Both the position numbers and the translations under genes were made by a program. 56,562 nt of DNA, taken from IMG/VR virus record IMGVR_UViG_3300021959_000047, positions 1 to 56,562 of that record. The stretch is one strand, 5' to 3'. The number at the start of each line of letters is the position of its first letter. The stretch's first letter is position 1. Of this stretch, positions 35,846-45,258 are shown one piece after another. The notes beneath the pieces were generated by a model, which ran no database searches, was not told where the DNA came from, and saw only the letters and a program-made list of their open reading frames with translations. Origin of the DNA: a virus. Lineage: Duplodnaviria > Caudoviricetes.

Positions 35846-37663
35846 ATGGGTACGGGTTACACACGGACAGATACAGACAATAACATTGCCAATGGTAACG
35901 TTATTGATGCTGATGATCTCGATAATGAATTTAATGCCATTGAAGCTGCTTTTGATCAATCTACTGGGCATACACACGACGGTACGGCAGATGAAGGGGC
36001 ACCTATTACTGTTCTTGGTCCGACTCAAGACATTGTTTCTACAGCTTCTTTACTTAGACCTAAAACAAACAATGTAGTTAGCTTAGGTGAAGGTACAACT
36101 CCTTACAAGTTTAAAGACCTGCACTTGTCTGGCAATGCTAATGTTGCTACAAATGCTACAGTGGGCGGTACATTAGGTGTAACAGGTGCTACAACACTGT
36201 CTAACAACCTTTCAGTTACAGGTACAACTACTCTTACTAATACCCTTACAGCAAATGGCAACACTGTACTAGGCAGTGACAATGCAGATACAGTTACGGT
36301 AAATGCTGATATTGCATCTAACTTGTTGCCATCTGCAGGTGGTACGTATAATATTGGTAGTGCAACTGCAGCAGAAAAATGGCAGAACATTTATATTGAC
36401 GGTACAGCAAACCTTCCTACTGTAAGTTCAACTACTGCAACTATAGGCACACTTAGTGTAAGTACCTCTTTAACTGTGCCAGATAACTCTATTGCACTTG
36501 GAACTAAAACTACAGGTAACTATGTGGCTGCTGTTTCTGCAGGTGATGCTATTGACATTAGTGGTACAGCAGGAGAAGGTTGGACTGCTACAGTCAACCT
36601 TGATCTTAGTGAGCTTACAACATCTACTACAGATGGTGACGGTGATTACTTTGTTGTTGTAGATAGTGCAAATGCACAGAAAAAATTAACTAAAGCTAAC
36701 ATTAATCTTTCTGGATTTAATAATGATTTAACACTTACAAGCGGTACAGTTACATCTATTACTGGAGGAAGCTATCTTACAGGTGGAACTATTACCACTA
36801 GTGGTACACTTGCTGTAGATGCAACTTCAGCTAACACTGCAAGTAAAGTTGTAGCTCGTGATGCATCAGGCAACTTTAGTGCAGGCACTATTACAGCTAC
36901 ATTATCGGGTTCTGCCACATCAGTAAGCAGTACTCTTACTCGTGGTACATATTTAACAGGTAATAATTTTGACGGTTCGGCAGCTACTACATGGGCTGTT
37001 GATGCAACACCAAATAATACGGCATATAAAGTTGTTGCACGAGATGCTTCTGGAGCCTTTACCGCAAGTCAAATTACAGCTTCTTTTATAGGTAATGTAA
37101 CAGGTAATCTAACAGGTGATGTAAGTGGTAATCTGACAGGCGACACTACAGGTACTCACACAGGTGCAGTTAATGCTACTAACGTAACAGTAACAGGAGT
37201 TGTTACAGGCAACGTTACAGGTGATATACTTGGCGATGTAAAGGCTAATAATGGTACTGTTATTCTTGATAATGGGACAAATGGCACAGATGCAACATAT
37301 ACAGGCAATGTAGACGGAGTAAAGTATACTGATACGTACACAGCTATTAGTTCATCCAGTGGCACTGCTACACTTGACTGTGATTCAGGTAACGTATTTG
37401 CACTAACACTAACTGAAGATGTGACTACCTTTACGTGGAGCAATCCTCCTGCAACAGGTACTTCCTATTCGTTTACACTAAAAGTAGTTCAAGATGCTAG
37501 TGCCAGTGGTTACACAATTACGTGGCCTACATCAGTTGACTGGCCTAATAATGTACAACCAGCATTAACTTCTACAGCATCTGCAGTAGATCAATTTGTA
37601 TTCTATACGCATGATGGTGGTACTACTTGGTATGGATTTACGGCAGGACAGAATTTAGGATAA
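35846..37663 (+). CDS. Tail fibre protein, 605 aa
   Basis: GYTR...I.A...D.EF...GHTHDG anchor; G.VTG repeats; duplicated AVDAT..NTA.KVVARDASG.F.A. Confidence 0.8.
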   Translation: MGTGYTRTDTDNNIANGNVIDADDLDNEFNAIEAAFDQSTGHTHDGTADEGAPITVLGPTQDIVSTASLLRPKTNNVVSLGEGTTPYKFKDLHLSGNANVATNATVGGTLGVTGATTLSNNLSVTGTTTLTNTLTANGNTVLGSDNADTVTVNADIASNLLPSAGGTYNIGSATAAEKWQNIYIDGTANLPTVSSTTATIGTLSVSTSLTVPDNSIALGTKTTGNYVAAVSAGDAIDISGTAGEGWTATVNLDLSELTTSTTDGDGDYFVVVDSANAQKKLTKANINLSGFNNDLTLTSGTVTSITGGSYLTGGTITTSGTLAVDATSANTASKVVARDASGNFSAGTITATLSGSATSVSSTLTRGTYLTGNNFDGSAATTWAVDATPNNTAYKVVARDASGAFTASQITASFIGNVTGNLTGDVSGNLTGDTTGTHTGAVNATNVTVTGVVTGNVTGDILGDVKANNGTVILDNGTNGTDATYTGNVDGVKYTDTYTAISSSSGTATLDCDSGNVFALTLTEDVTTFTWSNPPATGTSYSFTLKVVQDASASGYTITWPTSVDWPNNVQPALTSTASAVDQFVFYTHDGGTTWYGFTAGQNLG

Positions 37664-37668
37664 CATAA

Positions 37669-39048
37669 ATGAGTAGTGGAAAAAAATTTTTAATGGCATC
37701 GGGTGGCAGCGGCGGCGAGTCTGGATGGATTAGAGTATTTGGAGATTCTGGTGATCGTAATTATTTTACTGATGTTCATGTAGATAGTAGTGATGATATT
37801 TATGCAGTAGGATATGCTGGATATAATTATCCCTCACAAACTTATTTTGAAGGATCGGTTGCTAAGTATGACACTGATGGAAATTTGCAATGGCAAAAAT
37901 TAATTGAGCATGACACTTCTCCTGATAATAACTGTATTCTTCACAGCGTAGCTGAAGCTCCCGCCAATAGCAATGTTATTTATGTTATAGGATACACACG
38001 CCAAGGATATTCGTCGGGAAACTCTATTATCGACAAAGCATTAGTAAGACGACTAAATAAATCTGATGGCTCTAGGTATAGTAATGCAAATACAACATAC
38101 TACTTTGGAACATCTGCAGACCCAGGAACTATAATCTATGAAAATGGAGTGTTTGACAGTAATAGCAATATTTGTTTAGTTGGAAGAACAGACGCAGGAG
38201 GTGGAAACACTGCGTTTTTTGCAAAGAAAATGGACGTTAATTTAAATAGTCTTTCAGGAAGTTTTAACAGCCACATACATGGAAGTTCTAACGATGAAGG
38301 GGAAGACATTGTTGTAGATAGCTCTAATAATATTTACATAGTTGGACAAACAGGCAGCGGAGGTTCAGGTAGCTACGATCAATTTATTGCAAAATACAAT
38401 AATGCTGGTACTTTACTATGGCAAAGGGCTATTGGGTATAGTAGCGGTGACTTGTGTTACGCTGCTACACTAGATAGTTCAGGCGACATACTTATGGCAG
38501 GGACGTTGCGCCCAGGAGCATTTGCAGCTTCTATAGTAAAAATTAACAGTAGTGGAACACTTCAATCCACTATTGCATACAGAGACACTGCAAACAGCGG
38601 GGCGTCTGCTTTTTATGACGTTGCTGTAGACAGTAGTGGTAACATATACGGCGTTGGAACAGATGGTGGAAGCGATGCATTGATAATGAAGTTTTCAAGC
38701 AACGGTACTTTACTATGGCAAAATTATTTTTATGCAGGAGGGGTAACTCATTTTAGTGGCATTAAAATCGACAGTAACGATCAGCCGATTGTATGTGGTT
38801 ATTCTAATGGAATTATTAATGGTGAATACCAAGCATTGCTTTTAAAGTTACCATCAGATGGTAGTGGTCATGGAACTTATGGTTATCATACTTATGCTTC
38901 CTCAAGTTTAAGCTCTATGTCATTAACTCCAACAGTAACTACAACTAGCTTAACGGTAGCAGCACTAAGTGTAAGTACTGCTAGTGATAGTACTATTGCT
39001 GAACCTAAAACTTCAACATACACTGAGTGGGCAGATTACGAAATCTAA
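37669..39048 (+). CDS. Beta-propeller protein, likely fibre tip / receptor-binding
   Basis: Repeats VDSS.NIY.VG ... KY...G.L.WQ. Confidence 0.7.
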   Translation: MSSGKKFLMASGGSGGESGWIRVFGDSGDRNYFTDVHVDSSDDIYAVGYAGYNYPSQTYFEGSVAKYDTDGNLQWQKLIEHDTSPDNNCILHSVAEAPANSNVIYVIGYTRQGYSSGNSIIDKALVRRLNKSDGSRYSNANTTYYFGTSADPGTIIYENGVFDSNSNICLVGRTDAGGGNTAFFAKKMDVNLNSLSGSFNSHIHGSSNDEGEDIVVDSSNNIYIVGQTGSGGSGSYDQFIAKYNNAGTLLWQRAIGYSSGDLCYAATLDSSGDILMAGTLRPGAFAASIVKINSSGTLQSTIAYRDTANSGASAFYDVAVDSSGNIYGVGTDGGSDALIMKFSSNGTLLWQNYFYAGGVTHFSGIKIDSNDQPIVCGYSNGIINGEYQALLLKLPSDGSGHGTYGYHTYASSSLSSMSLTPTVTTTSLTVAALSVSTASDSTIAEPKTSTYTEWADYEI

Positions 39049-39065
39049 ACTAAAAGGAAAAAACT

Positions 39066-39527
39066 ATGGTATATGCAAAAATACAAAATGGAGAAGTGTC
39101 GGTATATCCGTATTCTATCGCACAATTAAAACTGGATAATCCTAATACTTCTTTTCCAAAGTCTATTACAGAAAGTGTATTAGAACGTTTTGATGTTTAT
39201 CCTGTAACAATTGAAAGACCTGATTACACTATCAGAACTCAAAAATTGGTAGAGGATACTAATCCAACATTAGTAGAGGATGTCTGGACATTAAACTTTA
39301 ATGTGGTCAGTAAGACAGCAGAAGAGATACAGGCATATGACGATTTATATGCTGAAAGAAACAGAAACATACGCAATAACAAGATAGCAGAAACAGATTG
39401 GTGGGCACTACCTGACAGTCCTGCCATGACAGATGCACAGACAGCATATCGTCAAGCACTACGTGATATTACAACACACTCTAACTGGCCTCATCTTGAG
39501 GATTCAGATTGGCCCACCAAACCATAA
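39066..39527 (+). CDS. Tail fibre assembly chaperone
   Basis: R..RN..IAETDW...D......YRQALRDI...WPTKP. Confidence 0.8.
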   Translation: MVYAKIQNGEVSVYPYSIAQLKLDNPNTSFPKSITESVLERFDVYPVTIERPDYTIRTQKLVEDTNPTLVEDVWTLNFNVVSKTAEEIQAYDDLYAERNRNIRNNKIAETDWWALPDSPAMTDAQTAYRQALRDITTHSNWPHLEDSDWPTKP

Positions 39528-39537
39528 GATATAGCAA

Positions 39538-39792
39538 ATGTCCGACATTAAATTATCATCAGACGAGTTTGAAGAAATGCTAGATCGTGCAGCCAGACGT
39601 GGAGCTAAAGAGGCACTACGTTCTATTGGACTGTTAGATGACGATGCACATAGAGACATTACAGAGATGCGAAGTTTACTTGAAGCATGGAGAGATACTC
39701 GTAAATCTATATGGTCAACTGTAGTAAAATTATTCACTGTCGGTACACTGACATTTATTGCAGGGGCAGTGTGGATGACAATGGGTAAGTAA
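39538..39792 (+). CDS. DUF6127-like protein with a C-terminal TM segment
   Basis: RAARRGA.EAL..IGL.D..A..DI.E.RSLL.AWR. Confidence 0.65.
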   Translation: MSDIKLSSDEFEEMLDRAARRGAKEALRSIGLLDDDAHRDITEMRSLLEAWRDTRKSIWSTVVKLFTVGTLTFIAGAVWMTMGK

Positions 39793-39804
39793 AGGTATAA
39801 TACA

Positions 39805-42800
39805 ATGGTAAATAAAACCAACGGATACGATGCAGAAACAGGCACATATTATCATATGGGCAAAGCATTTGATAATGCAACAGACTATTCGGCATCTGTG
39901 CAAGCATTACGAACAAGCCTTGGAATGGATGGTACAAAGGAATCTGGTCAAGCTTCTTCTCAGTTGTCTGATGTAGAACAAAGATTAGTCAACGACTTTG
40001 GTTGGACAGATAATGGTAACGGCACCCTAACCGCAAAAAGTACAGGCAAAGTATATGATCACGAAGCGGGAACAACTTTTGCTGAACGACATGGATTATC
40101 ACAAGACTACTCTCCTGAAAGTGCATCTATAGATTTGGCTCAAACATCTACTGAAAGCTCTACGCAAAAATTAACTCAAAGTACTAATTCAGACATTGAA
40201 GTACCTACTATGCATGTTGAGTTTAAACGTGATGAAGCTGGCAACATTTTAAAAGATGCTGAAGGTAAAAATGTTGTTGAATCTTTTGGTGTAAAATATG
40301 CAGATGGCACCATTAGTTATACTGGTGCAGGCAGAGAGGGTGTCCTTGAAGCTGCAAGGCAACGTTCCCAAGCATTAGAATACAATAAATACATAAATGA
40401 TAATAGAACTCGTGAAGACTTTGCAAGTGATCAAGAGTATCAAAACCATATGATTGTTAAAAACATTCGTATTGGTCAAGGCGCATACAAAATTATAAAT
40501 AATAAAGATGGTACTAGTACTCTGTATGCTCCAAGTAATATTATTATAACGTCAGGAACTGCAGAGCAAATTAAAAATGAGTATCGTAGTCGGTCTAATA
40601 AACTTAATATGGCCTTGACTAGGGCACAGAAAGAACCTTCCATTACTCCATTTGGAGTACGGTTTATGATGGAGCAGCAAGGATATGCTACTGAAAAAGA
40701 TGTTTATAAAAAGCTGTACCAAGATTATAAAAACAGAGGACAAGACCTTAAAAATATTTTAAACAATTGGGGAAATTTAGCAGTAGACCAAAATCTTAAA
40801 GGTGGCCCAGAGTTTGCTAAAGGGGCTATGGGATATCTTAACAACATAGCATTTCCTACACAAACTACACAGTATGAAGATTTTGATACAGATTTTGAAA
40901 ACAATTATCTAAACTTTAAATCTAACTATACCCTTCAAGATGATCCATCCTATGCAAGCTATGATGACTTTTTGTTTGCTACTACAGGACAAGCTCCAGA
41001 AACTACACAAACTACTACGGGTACAGGTACATACGATACTAATAAAGATGTAGGCATTACTGGTGCGGGAACAACCACAGGCGGTGGCATGACAGGTACT
41101 GCAGGAACAGAAGTAGGTGGAACGGGTACAAGTCTTCCAACTTTAGATAACTTGCCTAGCACTATTCCTTTTGGTGACAATACAGGCATAGGTGGTACTA
41201 TGACAGGTACAGGAGGAACACAAGTAACAGGAACAGGTACTACAACTCAACAGTCTACGCCTACAAATTATAATCCATATGCAGGTACGTTTACCTATAC
41301 AGGCTCACCTACAGATCAAATGGCGGCAGGAGTATTTACTATGGGACAGACTCCTCCACAAGCAACGCAAGGTGGCATTGGTGGTGGTATGACAGGACAG
41401 GCAGGAACACCTGTAGGTCAAACAGAGGTACGTATGTATCGTAATGCTGCAGGTTTAACTGCAGGTATTACCTTTGTAAACGGTCAACCACAGACTCCAA
41501 TCCCTCAAGGGTTCTACCCAGTAAGTGCGCAGCCACAACAAGCTATGGGTAATACTTCTGTTGACATGTCTAACACACAGGTGCAAATGGCACAAGGTGG
41601 GGTTATATATGCACAGACGGGTGTGGATGTAACAGGGGCAACAGACTATCAGTCTACCTCTGATACTCTTGAAACTAAAGCTACGCCTACTACACTAGGG
41701 CAACAGTATGTTCCAATCCAACCTGAGATTGCTGATAATGCTGGTATTACTGACATTATGGAGTACCAAGCTAAAACCCCAGGGTTACCTGAAGGTGCCG
41801 CTGTGGTTCCTGCGGGTATTACAGAAACACAAGGGCAGTTTGTAAGCCCTAAACAAGGACAGGTAACTGGGGATGTAACAACTACGACTACAGGTGCAAC
41901 TACCACTATGGCAAGTATACCTGATCAGACAAATGCAAACCTAATGACTGCAGCACAAACTGCCCCTGCAGTAAACACTGCCGTAGAAGCTACACAAGCA
42001 GCCACACTTGCCCCTGAAGACTCTAAGGCACAGATTACTGCAGCACAGGCAACAAGTAGTTCTGTGTCCAACTTAGAAGCAGCTACAGGTAATCATATTA
42101 AACTTGAGAATCCTACTACCCGTGAGATCATGGACGGTGAGATTATCTCAGGTTCAGCAGATGCACAGAAAGCAGCTAAGTTTACAGAGCAAATACAAGC
42201 AGCAGAAGCTACACCATCTAAACAGGCTACAGTACAAGGTCAGTTAGAAGGTATGATGCAGCAGTTTGAAGGAGGTGCTACTCCTCCGTGGGCTGCAGGA
42301 GCAATGAGAGCAGCTACACAAACACTTGCTGCTCGTGGTTTGGGTGCCTCATCTATGGCAGGACAGGCTGTTATACAGGCAGCTATGGAATCTGCACTTC
42401 CAATCGCACAAGCAGATGCACAAACAATTGCATCTTTCGAAGCACAGAACTTGTCAAATCGTCAGCAACGTGCTATGCTTGCAGCACAACAACGTGCCGA
42501 ATTTATGGGACAAGAGTTTGACCAAGACTTCCAAGCTAAAGTATTTAATGCTACAAAGATTGGTGAAGTTGCGAACATAAACTTTACTGCTGAACAGCAG
42601 ATTGCTCTTGAGAACTCTCGTGCAGCTAACACAATGGAGTTGCAGAACCTTAACAACGAACAAGCTTTAGTAATGGCAGAGGCAGCAGCACTATCTCAAT
42701 TAGATGCAGCTAACCTAAACAACAGACAGCAAGCTGCAGTACAGAATGCTCAGAACTTCTTGTCTCTTGAAATGCAGAACCTGTCAAACAAACAGCAGAC

Positions 42801-43431
42801 AGAGTTGTTTAAGAAACAAAATCAGATACAGGCATTGTTTAACGATCAGGCAGCTATTAATGCTGCAGAACAATTCAATGCTACATCAGAGAATCAGACC
42901 GATCAGTTCTTTGCTTCATTAACTGCTGATGTATCTAAGCATAACTCTATCCAAGCTAATGCACAGGCACAGTTCAATGCAGGCGAAGCTAATGCGATGA
43001 CTAAGTTCACAGAAGAAATTAACAATCAACGTGAACAGTTCAACGCAAACAACCGTCTTGTTATTGACCAATCAAATGCACAGTGGCGTAGAGAGATTGC
43101 TACTGCAGACACAGCACAGGTAAACAGAGCTAACGAGATCAATGCATCTAATGTTCTTGGAATGAACCAAGCTGCTTACAATAACTTATGGAACTACTAC
43201 AGTGATAGTATGTCATGGGCATGGACATCTGCAGAGAATGAACGTGAACGTGCTGTTAACTTGGCTATCGAACAGCTAAGAGCAGACAGTAAAAAAGACA
43301 TTCAGAATATTGTCAACGACTACAACTCTTCCGCAAACTTCGGTGCAATGATTGGTAAAATTATGACAACTGACTTGTCTGGTAGTTTCTTAGAAGGTGC
43401 ATGGGATTCACTGACAAGCGTATTTGATTAG
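39805..43431 (+). CDS. Internal virion/ejection protein, 1208 aa
   Basis: T/G-rich middle; Q/N/A-rich helical C-half with PWA.GAMR..RGLGASSMAG. Confidence 0.65.
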   Translation: MVNKTNGYDAETGTYYHMGKAFDNATDYSASVQALRTSLGMDGTKESGQASSQLSDVEQRLVNDFGWTDNGNGTLTAKSTGKVYDHEAGTTFAERHGLSQDYSPESASIDLAQTSTESSTQKLTQSTNSDIEVPTMHVEFKRDEAGNILKDAEGKNVVESFGVKYADGTISYTGAGREGVLEAARQRSQALEYNKYINDNRTREDFASDQEYQNHMIVKNIRIGQGAYKIINNKDGTSTLYAPSNIIITSGTAEQIKNEYRSRSNKLNMALTRAQKEPSITPFGVRFMMEQQGYATEKDVYKKLYQDYKNRGQDLKNILNNWGNLAVDQNLKGGPEFAKGAMGYLNNIAFPTQTTQYEDFDTDFENNYLNFKSNYTLQDDPSYASYDDFLFATTGQAPETTQTTTGTGTYDTNKDVGITGAGTTTGGGMTGTAGTEVGGTGTSLPTLDNLPSTIPFGDNTGIGGTMTGTGGTQVTGTGTTTQQSTPTNYNPYAGTFTYTGSPTDQMAAGVFTMGQTPPQATQGGIGGGMTGQAGTPVGQTEVRMYRNAAGLTAGITFVNGQPQTPIPQGFYPVSAQPQQAMGNTSVDMSNTQVQMAQGGVIYAQTGVDVTGATDYQSTSDTLETKATPTTLGQQYVPIQPEIADNAGITDIMEYQAKTPGLPEGAAVVPAGITETQGQFVSPKQGQVTGDVTTTTTGATTTMASIPDQTNANLMTAAQTAPAVNTAVEATQAATLAPEDSKAQITAAQATSSSVSNLEAATGNHIKLENPTTREIMDGEIISGSADAQKAAKFTEQIQAAEATPSKQATVQGQLEGMMQQFEGGATPPWAAGAMRAATQTLAARGLGASSMAGQAVIQAAMESALPIAQADAQTIASFEAQNLSNRQQRAMLAAQQRAEFMGQEFDQDFQAKVFNATKIGEVANINFTAEQQIALENSRAANTMELQNLNNEQALVMAEAAALSQLDAANLNNRQQAAVQNAQNFLSLEMQNLSNKQQTELFKKQNQIQALFNDQAAINAAEQFNATSENQTDQFFASLTADVSKHNSIQANAQAQFNAGEANAMTKFTEEINNQREQFNANNRLVIDQSNAQWRREIATADTAQVNRANEINASNVLGMNQAAYNNLWNYYSDSMSWAWTSAENERERAVNLAIEQLRADSKKDIQNIVNDYNSSANFGAMIGKIMTTDLSGSFLEGAWDSLTSVFD

Positions 43432-43440
43432 GAGTTTTAA

Positions 43441-43644
43441 ATGTATAATCAAGCATACAAAGCATATAAAGGTCTTCCTAAAGTGGAGGATGCCCCAGTT
43501 AAAAAGGTTCGTAAGACAGGCTTGCTGGGACGTAGTGTTACACAAACTAATGAACAAGCTCCTGCACCCAAGGAACCAAAGGATGTAGTAGCTAACTACG
43601 TACACATGCTGGCAAAAGCAAGAAAGGCTTTTAAAGATGGCTAA
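43441..43644 (+). CDS. Hypothetical protein, 67 aa
   Basis: AGGAG RBS; operon packing. Confidence 0.65.
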   Translation: MYNQAYKAYKGLPKVEDAPVKKVRKTGLLGRSVTQTNEQAPAPKEPKDVVANYVHMLAKARKAFKDG

Positions 43645-44176
43645 GTTTAGTGAAGAGCAAATGATAGATGCCCCTATTCCTGGGCAAGCTTTAACGGGTA
43701 AGTTGGGAAACTATCCTTGGCAACAGCCATCACAGTTTAATACTGTAGAAGAGGCTAGTGAATTTTATATTAAACGAATTACAGATGAACAATTCCTTGA
43801 TGACATATTGGACAATATGGAGTTAGGTATTCCTCTAACAACTATGGCAAATGCTCTTCAGATTTCTGGAGTCATGCAGGGTAAACATACTATCGACGTA
43901 GGCATGTTGGTTATACCAGTGATTATGGAAACACTTGCATACGTAGGTGATATGTTTGACGTTGAGTATGACATGGGTACAGAGTTAGATAAAGATGAAA
44001 CACCATCACGTGGTGCTATTGCACTGGCTCTAAAGAAAGTCAAAAAGAAAATGGAAGGCATGGACTTAGAGAAAGCAAAAATGGAACGTGAGCAAGAAGA
44101 ACCTGTAGAAGAACCGATGCCAGAGGAAGAAACAGGTGAACCTGTAATGATTGGACTTATGGCAAGGAGAGTATAA
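43637..44176 (+). CDS. Conserved virion-region protein
   Basis: APIPGQ.LT...PWQQP; C-terminal GLMAR. Confidence 0.7.
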   Translation: MAKFSEEQMIDAPIPGQALTGKLGNYPWQQPSQFNTVEEASEFYIKRITDEQFLDDILDNMELGIPLTTMANALQISGVMQGKHTIDVGMLVIPVIMETLAYVGDMFDVEYDMGTELDKDETPSRGAIALALKKVKKKMEGMDLEKAKMEREQEEPVEEPMPEEETGEPVMIGLMARRV

Positions 44177-45258
44177 TGGCTTTTAATTTTGGTGCATTTG
44201 TTGGGGGCTTATCTCAGGGTGTCGTAAAGGGCATCGAAGATGAAGAACAACGTCAACATGAATTTGATAAGATGGCTAAGACAGAGGCCATGCGTCAAGC
44301 TGCTGCCTCTCGTGCCAAACGTGCACAGAAACAAGAGGCTCTTGAAGCATCTATAGGTGCACTAAAGTTTCTTGGATACAATGACCAAGCAGCAGCAGCT
44401 ATTGCTCAACAGGGTGCAGTCGCAGTTGAAATGGCGGTAGATGCTGGACAGAAAGCCATGCAAAAAGGCAAGAACATTAATACAATATTAAGTATGCCTA
44501 ATGTTGGTGAAGACATTGAGTCAAGTAAACCTGAGATTGACTCTACAATTGATGGACCAAAGAAACCTACCATTGGTATGTTTGATGCTCAAGCTTATAA
44601 AGGTTTGTATGAAGACCCAGACGAGGTGTCAAACTCTTATGGTGAACGTCTTGCAATTATATCACAGAAACAAGCTACACTTGCTGAAGATAGTACCGAG
44701 TATAAAAACTTGGAGTCTGAAAAAACTATCTTACTTAAAGATGTGGCGGCATACCATGAGGCACAACGTGAACAAAAAGGTGAGGATGCACCCGATCCTT
44801 CATTGTTTAACTTAGGCACTATCGAAGCAACAGTTAACTCAGTACAGTCTCGTGCTTTATCAGAGTTTAAGTTTGAGTTATCCGATATTGATCGTGCAAT
44901 TGCTAAACGTATAGACGGGGATGAGGGAAGATACGGTGTGGCTATGATGAAAGTAGCAGAGGAATTGCAAAGCACATACGGAAGTCTTGATGATGCATTG
45001 ATGAATGACAAAATAGAATTTCTTAGAGCAGAATCTGTAAAGAATTTAGACTTATATGCAAGGCAAATTGCAACTAAACCAGACTCAGCTTATCATGTAG
45101 CAAAAAGTTCTGCAGCAGAAGCAATGGCTGCAGTGCAACAGAAGCAGGTAAAAATAGGAGATGTAATTATTTGGCAAGAAGATGGTGTACAAAAGATTGC
45201 AGTGTATACAGGATATAATGATCCGATTGAAAATGTTCCTTTGATTATGGTGGAATAA
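44176..45258 (+). CDS. Putative internal virion protein, 360 aa
   Basis: FGAFVGGL N-terminus; helical; position. Confidence 0.6.
   Translation: MAFNFGAFVGGLSQGVVKGIEDEEQRQHEFDKMAKTEAMRQAAASRAKRAQKQEALEASIGALKFLGYNDQAAAAIAQQGAVAVEMAVDAGQKAMQKGKNINTILSMPNVGEDIESSKPEIDSTIDGPKKPTIGMFDAQAYKGLYEDPDEVSNSYGERLAIISQKQATLAEDSTEYKNLESEKTILLKDVAAYHEAQREQKGEDAPDPSLFNLGTIEATVNSVQSRALSEFKFELSDIDRAIAKRIDGDEGRYGVAMMKVAEELQSTYGSLDDALMNDKIEFLRAESVKNLDLYARQIATKPDSAYHVAKSSAAEAMAAVQQKQVKIGDVIIWQEDGVQKIAVYTGYNDPIENVPLIMVE

Noticed and set aside
31540-37663. Diversity-generating retroelement TR/VR pair
   Set aside because: No reverse transcriptase seen, and the differences are not adenine-specific
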